NCBI GenBank assembly: GCA_964014485.1
Contig: CAXHAT010000169.1
Coordinates: forward strand, 1-17,199
Source: an uncultured Deferribacteres bacterium
GTDB lineage: Bacteria > Zhuqueibacterota > Zhuqueibacteria > Zhuqueibacterales > Geothermadaptataceae
Reading direction: 5' to 3'
Length of the DNA stretch: 17,199 nt
The position numbers and the translations under genes are program-made. The notes under the pieces are model-generated. The model saw nothing but the letters and a program-made list of their open reading frames with translations. It was not told the origin of the DNA and did not search any database. Positions 1 to 7,396 of the stretch are shown here, one piece after another; position 1 is the first letter of the stretch; the number at the start of each line of letters is the position of its first letter.

Positions 1-107
1 AAGAGCTTTTGGAGACGTAGTATTTTCAAAAACTTAGCGATGAATAAGGTCTATTTATGAATTTGCATCGCCGAGAACTTTCCAAAATGAACTCAAAATT
101 CAATTTT

Positions 108-143
108 CTCTGCGCTTCTCAGCGACCTTTGCGTCTCTGCGTT
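108..143. repeat. Degenerate CTCTGCG-type short tandem repeat, bracketed by a 10-bp inverted repeat (77-86 / 142-151)
   Basis: CTCTGCG-CTT-CTCAGCG-AC-CTTTGCG-T-CTCTGCG; flanks ACTTTCCAAA / TTTGGAAAGT. Confidence 0.6.
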
Positions 144-195
144 TGGAAAGTCTTGCCAAAAAATGGCAGAAAATAATTCAACAGACACTAACGAT

Positions 196-512
196 CTCAT
201 TAGCCCCGCGCATCAGGATACTGTTGGCGAATTTCAAAGACTGACCCCAAAGGGGTCGAATGTAATAGCGAAGGGCGAAGCCCTGGAAAAGCGAATCCTA
301 AGTCTATTTCTTAGCCCTAAAAGGGCGTAACATTTTGCCCCACTTGGTTTTATGCCGCCCTTACAGGGCTTGATAACGATGACAATGTTTAACGTTTCCA
401 GGGCTTCGCCCTTCGCTATTACATTTTGCCCCCTTGGGGCAGGAGTGAATTGTCAAAACCAGTCTTCACTAATGAATTCGTCAACAGTATCCTGAAGCGC
501 TGGGCTAATGAG
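196..512. mobile_element. MITE-like composite element with long terminal inverted repeats and a 6-bp flanking direct repeat
   Basis: IR 195-233 TCTCATTAGCCCCGCGCATCAGGATACTGTTGGCGAATT vs 475-513 (3 mismatches); AACGAT directly repeated at 190-195 and 513-518; no ORF of substance. Confidence 0.75.
243..440. repeat. REPIN/BIME-like nested palindrome inside the 196-512 element
   Basis: Perfect 31-bp IR AATGTAATAGCGAAGGGCGAAGCCCTGGAAA (259-289 / 395-425); inner pair AGCCCTAAAAGGGCG (313-327) / CGCCCTTACAGGGCT (356-370); terminal hairpins GACCCCAAAGGGGTC and GCCCCCTTGGGGC. Confidence 0.8.
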
Positions 513-549
513 AACGATATAGTGAAAATGAATTCGGTTAAACCGAGAA

Positions 550-1575
550 ATGATCAGCAAAAATCAAAACATCGAAATTCGCACTTCACCTCACATCGTT
601 CAGGGTGTGCATACACACGACATCATGCGAAATGTCGTGCTGGCGTTGCTGCCGGTGGCCGGTTTTGCGGTCTTCGCTTTCGGTCTTGGCGCATTGACGG
701 TGCTTGCCGTCGCAACAGCATCGTGCGTGCTGACGGAATATTTATTTTCCCGCGCTTCCGGTCAAGGTTCAACCATCGGCGATTGGTCGGCAACGATTAC
801 GGGACTGTTATATGGCCTGACGCTGCCGGTCGGTCTGCCGCTCTGGATGGTCGCTCTTGGCGGCGTCATCGCGATCGGGTTGGGCAAATACCTGTTCGGC
901 GGACTTGGAATGAACGCTTTCAACCCGGCGCTTGTCGGACGTGCGGCGTTGCAGGCGGCGTTCCCGGTTGCACTCACCACCTGGCAGCCGGCATTTACGC
1001 CGGATCGTTTCACCACGCTGCCGTCTTCAACATTCGCGTTCCCTTTTGCCAAGCCAGTTTGGGACGCCGTTACCAGCGCAACGCCGTTGGGCGCCATGAA
1101 GTTCGATAACCAGACGACGTCATCCTTTGATTTGGCCATGGGATTTACGAGCGGATCACTGGGCGAAACCAGCGCCCTCATCATTCTGCTCGGCGGTCTC
1201 TACCTGGCCGCACGCAAAATGATGAACTGGCGCATCCCGGCGGCCATTCTCCTGACGGTGTTTTTGCTCAGTAGCTTACTGCACATGGCTGATTCGGAGC
1301 AGTTTCCCGACGGCCTGTTCATGATTTTTTCCGGCGGCCTGATGCTCGGCGCCGTGTTTATGGCCACGGATATGGTCGCTTCGCCGCTTACCTCGCTCGG
1401 CGCGACTCTCTACGGCATACTGATCGGCGTACTCGTCGTGGTCATTCGCATTTGGGGCGGTCTGCCTGAAGGCGTCATGTACGCCATTTTATGCGCCAAT
1501 GCCGTCTCGCCGCACATCGACGCGGCTTTTCAACCAAGAGTGTATGGAACGCCTAAAAAGAAGTGGCTGCGATGA
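550..1575 (+). CDS. rnfD: Rnf electron transport complex subunit D
   Basis: 341 aa polytopic membrane protein; N-terminal TSPH, IMRNVVLALLP, D-W-SA-ITGLL, K-LFGGLG-N-FNPA, flavinylation motif SATPL, GSLGETS, FMATD, EGVMYAIL. Confidence 0.95.
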   Translation: MISKNQNIEIRTSPHIVQGVHTHDIMRNVVLALLPVAGFAVFAFGLGALTVLAVATASCVLTEYLFSRASGQGSTIGDWSATITGLLYGLTLPVGLPLWMVALGGVIAIGLGKYLFGGLGMNAFNPALVGRAALQAAFPVALTTWQPAFTPDRFTTLPSSTFAFPFAKPVWDAVTSATPLGAMKFDNQTTSSFDLAMGFTSGSLGETSALIILLGGLYLAARKMMNWRIPAAILLTVFLLSSLLHMADSEQFPDGLFMIFSGGLMLGAVFMATDMVASPLTSLGATLYGILIGVLVVVIRIWGGLPEGVMYAILCANAVSPHIDAAFQPRVYGTPKKKWLR

Positions 1576-2249
1576 ATCAACCGGCAAACACGGAAATGCC
1601 AAAAACCTGGCCCATGTTTCGGGCCATGGGCGGTATCGGCTTGCTTTGCGGCGTGTTGATCGTAGCGACCTACCAAATCACCTTGCCCGTCATCGAAGGC
1701 AACAAGGCCGAATTCCTCGAGCAGGCAATTTTCAATGTCCTGCCAGGCGCTGTCGCAAGCGAGACGTTTTTACTCACGCCGACGGGCGATTTCGACAAAC
1801 TTGAAACGGAAGACGCAGCCGGCGAAAAAATATATGCGGGATACGATTCCACCGGTGACTTGATCGGTGTCGCAATCGAAGCGCGCGGCATGGGATTTCA
1901 GGATGCAATTGTTGTTTTGTACGGCTATGCTCCAGAGCGGGAAATTGTCGTAGGAATTCAGGTTTTGGAAAGCCGGGAAACGCCAGGCCTCGGAGACAAA
2001 ATAGAGAAGGACCCCGATTTCCTGCGGAACTTTGATGCGCTGGACGTCGCACTTGCGGGTGACGCGCAAACTCTGGCCAATCCAATCGTTCCGGTAAAAA
2101 AAGGTGAAAAACAGCATCCGTGGGAGATCGACGCCATCACAGGAGCGACGATTTCGTCGAATGCCATTGCCGCGATTTTGCGCGAGAGCACAACGCATTG
2201 GGTTCCGAAAGTGAAAGAACATTTAAACGCCTTTCAAAAAGGTCGCTAA
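1572..2249 (+). CDS. rnfG: Rnf electron transport complex subunit G (FMN-binding)
   Basis: N-terminal TM anchor, ETPGLG motif, flavinylation motif DAITGATISS; ATG at 1572 overlaps the rnfD stop (ATGA) and is preferred over the GTG at 1563. Confidence 0.92.
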   Translation: MNQPANTEMPKTWPMFRAMGGIGLLCGVLIVATYQITLPVIEGNKAEFLEQAIFNVLPGAVASETFLLTPTGDFDKLETEDAAGEKIYAGYDSTGDLIGVAIEARGMGFQDAIVVLYGYAPEREIVVGIQVLESRETPGLGDKIEKDPDFLRNFDALDVALAGDAQTLANPIVPVKKGEKQHPWEIDAITGATISSNAIAAILRESTTHWVPKVKEHLNAFQKGR

Positions 2250-2253
2250 TCTT

Positions 2254-2913
2254 ATGGAAAGCTCCTTACAGCAGCCGACGCTAGACACTTTTGTCAAAGG
2301 CTTGTGGCGCGAAAACCCTGTTTTTGTGCAAGTGCTTGGCATGTGCCCGGTTTTGGCCGTCAGCAACACGGCGATGAATGCCCTGGCCATGGGCTTGGCG
2401 ACGATGTTTGTCCTGACAATGTCCAGTACGCTCGTGTCCCTGCTGCGATCCTTTATCCCGAAGCAGGTGCGCATCGCGACGTACATCTTGATCATCGCCA
2501 CGTTCGTCACCATGACCGACTACATTGTTCAGGCCATCAGCATAGAGCTGCACAAAGCGCTCGGCGCCTTTATCTCACTGATCGTCGTCAACTGCCTGAT
2601 TTTGGGGCGCGCCGAGGCTTTTGCCTCCAAAAACACGGTAGGTCAGGCGTTTCTTGATGCGGCCGGAATGGGCGTCGGATTCACGTTTGCGCTATTCTGC
2701 CTCGGCGCGGTTCGCGAGCTGCTTGGCAGCGGCTCATTTTTCGAGGTCAACGTCCTCGGAGAAAGCTTCGAACCCTGGGTGATCATGATTCTTCCAAGCG
2801 GCGGTTTCTTCACACTTGCGGGCTGGCTGCTGTTCTTCAATTGGTACAAGCAGCGCAATGAGCGCAAAAAGCAGGGCACAATGACAGAAGAGTTGGCTGT
2901 TCAAAAACCTTGA
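2254..2913 (+). CDS. rnfE: Rnf electron transport complex subunit E
   Basis: ENPVFVQVLGMCPVLAV, IPKQVRI, LIVVNCLILGRAEAFA, RELLGSG, ILPSGGF. Confidence 0.95.
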   Translation: MESSLQQPTLDTFVKGLWRENPVFVQVLGMCPVLAVSNTAMNALAMGLATMFVLTMSSTLVSLLRSFIPKQVRIATYILIIATFVTMTDYIVQAISIELHKALGAFISLIVVNCLILGRAEAFASKNTVGQAFLDAAGMGVGFTFALFCLGAVRELLGSGSFFEVNVLGESFEPWVIMILPSGGFFTLAGWLLFFNWYKQRNERKKQGTMTEELAVQKP

Positions 2914-2986
2914 ATCAGGAGTTGAATTTGTATTCCTCGAGTCAACAACTGGCGTTGCACGATTTACCTCGAAACGCTCCCTTTAT

Positions 2987-3209
2987 GTCATTCCCGCGGA
3001 GCAGGCTGTTGCAGAATGGAAAATTTCTCAATCGCGGCCTTAATTTGTGAAGCGAATGAGCTATATAGCTGCACGTTGGAAGCTCGCTGTAGCTTTGTCG
3101 CGAATTTTATTAGGCGTGATCTTATGGAAAATCTATTCTGCAACAGCCTGGGAGGCGGGAATCCAGGACATTGCACCAACCTCTGGATTCCCGCCTCCGC
3201 GGGAATGAC
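2987..3209. repeat. CGTC-family REP doublet with its left REP interrupted by a MITE
   Basis: GTCATTCCCGCGGAG|insert|GGAGGCGGGAATCCAG (2987-3166); inverted partner CTGGATTCCCGCCTCCGCGGGAATGAC (3183-3209). Confidence 0.9.
3002..3150. mobile_element. 149-bp MITE with 16-bp perfect TIRs and a 4-bp target duplication
   Basis: TIR CAGGCTGTTGCAGAAT (3002-3017) / ATTCTGCAACAGCCTG (3135-3150); GGAG at 2998-3001 and 3151-3154; removing it restores an intact REP. Confidence 0.88.
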
Positions 3210-3278
3210 CCTTTGAATCACTTTTGTACTTCAAAACAAGAGCGTAACATCAAGTAACAGAAAAAACGGCGGACTGAC

Positions 3279-3860
3279 ATGGGAAATGAATCTCTCAGCT
3301 ACATTTTTCTCAACGCATGCCTTGTCAACAATTTTGTGCTGGCGTATTTCCTGGGAATCTGCCCTTTTCTGGGCGTCTCGGGCAAGATTGCAACCGCTAC
3401 GCGCATGGGCGGCGCGGTCATGTTTGTCATGCTCGTGAGTTCGATCTGCGCCTATGGCATTCACGAACTTTTGGTCGCCATCGATGCGTTGTTCCTGCAG
3501 CTCATCTCCTTCATCGTCGTGATCGCTTCGACGGTTCAGCTCGTGGAGATGTTCATCAAAAAGGTCAGTCCGGCCTTGTTCCGCTCTCTGGGCATTTTCC
3601 TGCCGCTGATAACGACCAACTGCGCCATTCTTGGGCTTGCGCTTTTTCAGACCAATAAGGGTTACGACTTCGTGGAAGCCGTCGTTTATGCGTTAGGCGC
3701 CGGGGCGGGCTTTACGTTGGCTCTGGTTTTGATGGCCGGCATACGGGAAAAGCTCGAGTTGGCGGACGTCCCGGAAGTCGTGAAAGGCACGGCGTTGACA
3801 CTGATGGTCGCAGGCATTCTCTCTCTGACTTTTATGGGATTCGCCGGATTGGGAGGCTAA
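3279..3860 (+). CDS. rnfA: Rnf electron transport complex subunit A
   Basis: LVNNFVLAYFLGICPFLGVS, VQLVEM, LGIFLPLITTNCAILG, AGIREKL, LTFMGFAG. Confidence 0.95.
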   Translation: MGNESLSYIFLNACLVNNFVLAYFLGICPFLGVSGKIATATRMGGAVMFVMLVSSICAYGIHELLVAIDALFLQLISFIVVIASTVQLVEMFIKKVSPALFRSLGIFLPLITTNCAILGLALFQTNKGYDFVEAVVYALGAGAGFTLALVLMAGIREKLELADVPEVVKGTALTLMVAGILSLTFMGFAGLGG

Positions 3861-3865
3861 AAAAG

Positions 3866-4150
3866 ATGAAAGCAATCGTTCTCGCCATCGTTGTACTGCC
3901 AGCCCTCGCAATCGTCTGGGTGCTGGTGCAAAACGCATGGAGAAGGAGTTTTCAGCATGACGTCTCAGACGAGGATGTGCTTGCCAGCCGTCTCGATTGC
4001 GATGGATGCAGTTGCATCGGAATTTGTTTACGAAAACAAGAAGGGGCAACCTCACGTCAAATCATACCCACCGAGAAGTGGAATTCATTTCATAAAGAAG
4101 AGTCGACCACCGATGCTGGCGGCGACCAGATAGGAGGAAATCATGGCTAA
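3866..4150 (+). CDS. Small single-TM protein with a Cys cluster (hypothetical)
   Basis: Starts 5 nt after the rnfA stop with GGAGG upstream; hydrophobic N-terminus then CDGCSCIGIC; overlaps the next start by 8 nt. Confidence 0.65.
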   Translation: MKAIVLAIVVLPALAIVWVLVQNAWRRSFQHDVSDEDVLASRLDCDGCSCIGICLRKQEGATSRQIIPTEKWNSFHKEESTTDAGGDQIGGNHG

Positions 4151-5006
4151 ATTGGCGGACTACGATGTTTCCAACCCATTTTCCGCAACGGTTCTGGACT
4201 CAACGCCGATCACCCCGGGCGATGCGGATGAAGAAGTGCGTGAAATAAAGCTGGAAATCAGCAAGAAGGAATTTGAAGTGGAGTTGGGGCAAAGCATTGG
4301 CGTACTGGTGAGCGGGCCGCACGATTTCGGGAACGAGAACCATCTCAGAATGTACACCGTCGCCGGAATCGAGAAGAACGAAGAAACAGGCAATCCCAAC
4401 GTCGAAATCCTTGTCAAACGCTGCAGCTACGTGGACGACTATAGCGGCGAAAAATACAAAGGCGTGGCGTCGAACTATCTTTGTGATCGACACATCGGAG
4501 AGAACGTCACGCTCGCCGGTCCCTATGGACTGCCGTTCGAAATTCCTGCTGACAAGACCTCACCTATTCTGATGATTGGCATGGGCACCGGCGTGGCGCC
4601 GTTTCGCGCCTTTGTCAAAAAAATTTATGAAGAAATTGGCGGATGGCAGGCAAAAGTACGGCTGTTTCATGGTGCGCGAACGGGTCTTGAACTGCTGTAC
4701 ATGAATGAGGAGCGCGATGATTTTGCTTCTTACTACGATCAGGAGACTTTCAAGGCGTTCAAAGCCGTCAGCCCGCGTCCGCACTGGGACGATCCCGTGG
4801 CGCTGGATTACGCGCTCGAAGAACGCGCGGAAGAGATTTGGAACATGGTGCTCGACCCGAAAACCCACGTCTACGTCGCTGGGCTGGAGCCAATACGGGC
4901 ATTACTCGATGACGCCTTCAGCAAAATGGCCGGATCGTCCGAAAAATGGCAGAGACGCAAAGCCGAGCTTGTCGCTGGCAGGCGTTGGACGGAGCTTATT
5001 TATTAA
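4143..5006 (+). CDS. Ferredoxin:NAD(P)+ reductase-like flavoprotein (plant-type FNR fold, atypical active site)
   Basis: GQSIGV, RMYT (RxYS/T), VKR, GVASNYLCD, GPYG, GMGTGVAPFR, LFHGAR, C-terminal Tyr; SD AGGAGG at 4132-4137. Confidence 0.88.
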   Translation: MAKLADYDVSNPFSATVLDSTPITPGDADEEVREIKLEISKKEFEVELGQSIGVLVSGPHDFGNENHLRMYTVAGIEKNEETGNPNVEILVKRCSYVDDYSGEKYKGVASNYLCDRHIGENVTLAGPYGLPFEIPADKTSPILMIGMGTGVAPFRAFVKKIYEEIGGWQAKVRLFHGARTGLELLYMNEERDDFASYYDQETFKAFKAVSPRPHWDDPVALDYALEERAEEIWNMVLDPKTHVYVAGLEPIRALLDDAFSKMAGSSEKWQRRKAELVAGRRWTELIY

Positions 5007-5241
5007 CCGATGTTACGCGGCTGGCCAATGATATGGCATTTGATAAAAATCTTTGCTCTACGCGTCATTCCTGCGGAAGCAGGAATCCAGTGGCCGTGCA
5101 CCATTTTCTGGATTTCTGCCTCCGCAGGAATGACCTTGAAAAACGTTTTTGGGGGTCAAACAGCCTTATTTTCAGTTGTAATATTAGATTCGGCCGGCAA
5201 CCAACCTACGACATGCATTATCGGCAAGCGCGTAACATCAG
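5007..5241. mobile_element. MITE A of the CYGATGTTACGC-ended family, carrying a CGTC REP doublet
   Basis: Ends CCGATGTTACGCG (5007-5019) / CGCGTAACATCAG (5229-5241); TTATTAA at 5000-5006 and 5242-5248. Confidence 0.8.
5064..5134. repeat. CGTC-family REP doublet
   Basis: GTCATTCCTGCGGAAGCAGGAATCCAG (5064-5090) and inverted CTGGATTTCTGCCTCCGCAGGAATGAC (5108-5134). Confidence 0.9.
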
Positions 5242-5248
5242 TTATTAA

Positions 5249-5390
5249 CCGATGTCACGCACTCAACGTTCTGGATGTATGATACAATGTAGGGGTTCAA
5301 AATTTTGAACCCCTACTGCATGTCGTGTAACGCTTTGCAAACAGCATCTCTTGGGGCGAGCCTAATCGTAGAACTGGCGCGTAACGTCAG
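5249..5390. mobile_element. MITE B of the same family, in tandem with MITE A, carrying a GTAG REP
   Basis: Ends CCGATGTCACGCACTC (5249-) / CTGGCGCGTAACGTCAG (-5390); flanks TTATTAA (5242-5248) and TTATTCA (5391-5397). Confidence 0.75.
5289..5316. repeat. GTAG-family REP-like perfect 28-bp palindrome
   Basis: GTAGGGGTTCAAAATTTTGAACCCCTAC. Confidence 0.85.
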
Positions 5391-5440
5391 TTATTCATGA
5401 GAATCGGCTAATTTTACAGAAATTTGAGAGCGTAAATCTG

Positions 5441-5992
5441 TTATTGTGTAAACGCTTGAGGCGCCTTGGTGAATAGATATTTGCAATCTTCGCATTCGAA
5501 ATAGTATTCATAACCTAAGTAGGAGAGCGACAGTCCTTTTTCTTTCGCTTCCGCTTGATTGACGAGAGCGCCGCAGACATTGCACTGTTGGTCAGCTTCT
5601 TCCGGGGTGGTCGTCGTGTATGCCGCAGCATGAACTTCCGCCAGGAACTTGCTGACTTTCGCGGTTTCATCCGGCGTCAGCGCCACGCCCGGCATTTCAG
5701 ATTCGTTCAACAGCTTGAAATGCACCTGAATATAAATGCTGTCATTCGCGATGAGCGGATTGGCTAAATCCGGGACGACGACTTCTTTGATCTGGTCAAC
5801 GACGGTCTTGTTCTCCTTGCCAATAATGTGGCACCTCATACACTCTTTTCGCTCGAAAATTTTTTTCCCTGCCAGCGCTTCTTCGCTAAGCATGGACTCA
5901 TCCACCTCCAACCGTTGAGAATCACCGCCACAGCTAGCGGAAAAAACGATTGCTGCGAGCAAAAAAGCTCCAAAGGCCAATTTCCGTAACAT
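5441..5992 (-). CDS. Putative lipoprotein: monoheme cytochrome c fused to a YHS/TRASH-like metal-binding domain
   Basis: Signal peptide with lipobox SAS-C; heme motif CMRCH, PDL, distal MP; C-terminal CNVCG...YLGYEYYFECEDC...F..AP; SD GGAGG at 5999-6003 (-). Confidence 0.8.
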   Translation of the reverse strand: MLRKLAFGAFLLAAIVFSASCGGDSQRLEVDESMLSEEALAGKKIFERKECMRCHIIGKENKTVVDQIKEVVVPDLANPLIANDSIYIQVHFKLLNESEMPGVALTPDETAKVSKFLAEVHAAAYTTTTPEEADQQCNVCGALVNQAEAKEKGLSLSYLGYEYYFECEDCKYLFTKAPQAFTQ

Positions 5993-6097
5993 AATTTTCC
6001 TCCAGATTTAGCGGATTGAAAAGTCGATTCGCAAATCCCGGCGTCAAATCATAAAGTGAGCTTTAACCTGTTGTATGAACCGGTTCAATCTATCATA

Positions 6098-6113
6098 AGC
6101 AATCTGTAGGCCA
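6098..6113 (-). promoter_or_regulatory. Putative sigma54 (-24/-12) promoter for the cytochrome c gene
   Basis: Minus strand TGGCCTACAGATTGCT = GG-N10-GC ending in TTGCT, ~105 nt upstream of the start codon. Confidence 0.55.
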
Positions 6114-6130
6114 AGTACTTTCTAGTGATT

Positions 6131-6143
6131 TAAGTTATTGTTT
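6131..6143 (-). promoter_or_regulatory. Putative IHF site
   Basis: Minus strand AAACAATAACTTA, one mismatch to WATCAANNNNTTR, in an AT-rich tract just upstream of the -24 box. Confidence 0.4.
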
Positions 6144-6337
6144 TTTAAAAACATCGGAAGCGAATGGGATTGATTTGGAGAAGGTCTTTTTTGCAAAACC
6201 AATAGAGATGAGCTGCGGAATTCTTATTTATAGTAAAACGTTTGCGGGAAAATCAGTCTGGTTTTTACCGCCGTCATCCGACTGGGGCAGGAAATTGTAT
6301 CGTTAGTAGGTTTTCTAGCAAACACGAAAAATTCCGG

Positions 6338-7396
6338 TCAACAAATTCTCGGTAATTGTTCCCCGACTGGCATATCGACGATGCGCCAGCCGCCGATGCG
6401 CGTTTGCATGGTCACCATCCCGGCTTTGTCTTTCTGAACATCCCCGATGATCGCGGCGTTTTTGCCAAATTGATGCGCCCGCATCGCAGCCAAAACGTTT
6501 TTGGCGCTCTGGCGCGCGACGACCGCGACGAGCTTGCCTTCATTCGCGACATACAATGGATCGAGCCCCAAAATTTCACACGCTCCGGCGACGGCAGGAT
6601 TTACCGGAATGCGGTTTTCATCGAGGCGAATCGACACTTGCGCGGCTACGGCGAATTCATTGAGCACGGCGGCCAAACCGCCGCGCGTCGGATCGCGCAA
6701 AGCATGAACGTCTTCCCCTCCGGCGGTGATGATTTTCTGCACTAGATCATTCAATGGCGCCGTGTCACTCGAAACGGGCGATTCAAAATCCAGGTGCTCG
6801 CGCTGCGAAAGAATCGCAACGCCGTGGTCGGCGACATCGCCGCTGACCAAAACCAAGTCTCCCGCTGTGATCGACGCCGCGCTGATCGAGAATTGATGCT
6901 CGATCACACCGATTCCGGAAGTGTTGATAAACACTTTGTCGCCCTTGCCTTTGTTGACGACCTTCGTATCGCCGGTGACAACCGTCACGCCCGCTCGTTG
7001 CGCCGCTTTTTGCATGGAAACGACGATCCGACGTAAATCCTCCAGTGAAAATCCTTCTTCGATGATAAATCCCGCGCTCAAAAACAACGGTTTGGCGCCG
7101 CACATACTGAGGTCGTTCACCGTGCCGTTAACCGCCAGTTCGCCGATGTCGCCGCCGGGGAAAAACAGCGGATCGACGACGAAGGAATCGGTGGAAAAAG
7201 CCAGCTTTTGACCGCCAATTTCAACGACCGCCTGATCTTCGCGCTTGTTGAGCCACGGATTGTCGAACGCCCAGCCAAACAATTTCGCGATTAAGTCATC
7301 CGTCATTTTTCCGCCGCTGCCGTGACTGAGTTGTACGGTGTCGTGCTTCCTAATCGGCAGTGGGCAAGCACCAAGTTTTTCTATAAAATTATTCAA
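6338..7396 (-). CDS. hypE: Hydrogenase maturation protein HypE (carbamoyl dehydratase)
   Basis: HGSGG, FSTDSFVVDPLFFPGGDIG, GTVNDL, VTGDTKVV, RDPTRGG, ANEGK, C-terminal PRIC; the TTG start is uncertain. Confidence 0.96.
   Translation of the reverse strand: MNNFIEKLGACPLPIRKHDTVQLSHGSGGKMTDDLIAKLFGWAFDNPWLNKREDQAVVEIGGQKLAFSTDSFVVDPLFFPGGDIGELAVNGTVNDLSMCGAKPLFLSAGFIIEEGFSLEDLRRIVVSMQKAAQRAGVTVVTGDTKVVNKGKGDKVFINTSGIGVIEHQFSISAASITAGDLVLVSGDVADHGVAILSQREHLDFESPVSSDTAPLNDLVQKIITAGGEDVHALRDPTRGGLAAVLNEFAVAAQVSIRLDENRIPVNPAVAGACEILGLDPLYVANEGKLVAVVARQSAKNVLAAMRAHQFGKNAAIIGDVQKDKAGMVTMQTRIGGWRIVDMPVGEQLPRIC

Noticed and set aside
426..1109. 227-aa ORF overlapping rnfD
   Set aside because: Starts inside a repeat element and is an alternative frame of rnfD
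2988..3221. Small ORFs containing VIPAxAGIQ / WIPAxAGMT (2988-3221, 3016-3216, 5010-5282, 15059-15286)
   Set aside because: Translations of REP/MITE sequence with no independent coding evidence
550..3860. Na+-NQR (nqrBCDE) instead of Rnf
   Set aside because: Subunit sizes and motifs (TSPH start, SATPL, short G subunit) fit Rnf, and the downstream reductase lacks the NqrF TM anchor and 2Fe-2S domain
3866..4150. Truncated rnfB
   Set aside because: The Cys spacing lacks the RnfB LP..NCGACG..GC signature and there are no ferredoxin motifs
190..5400. Repeats as a CRISPR array or integron attC sites
   Set aside because: Repeats are inverted and dispersed, not regularly spaced direct repeats; no cas or integrase gene and no cassette organisation
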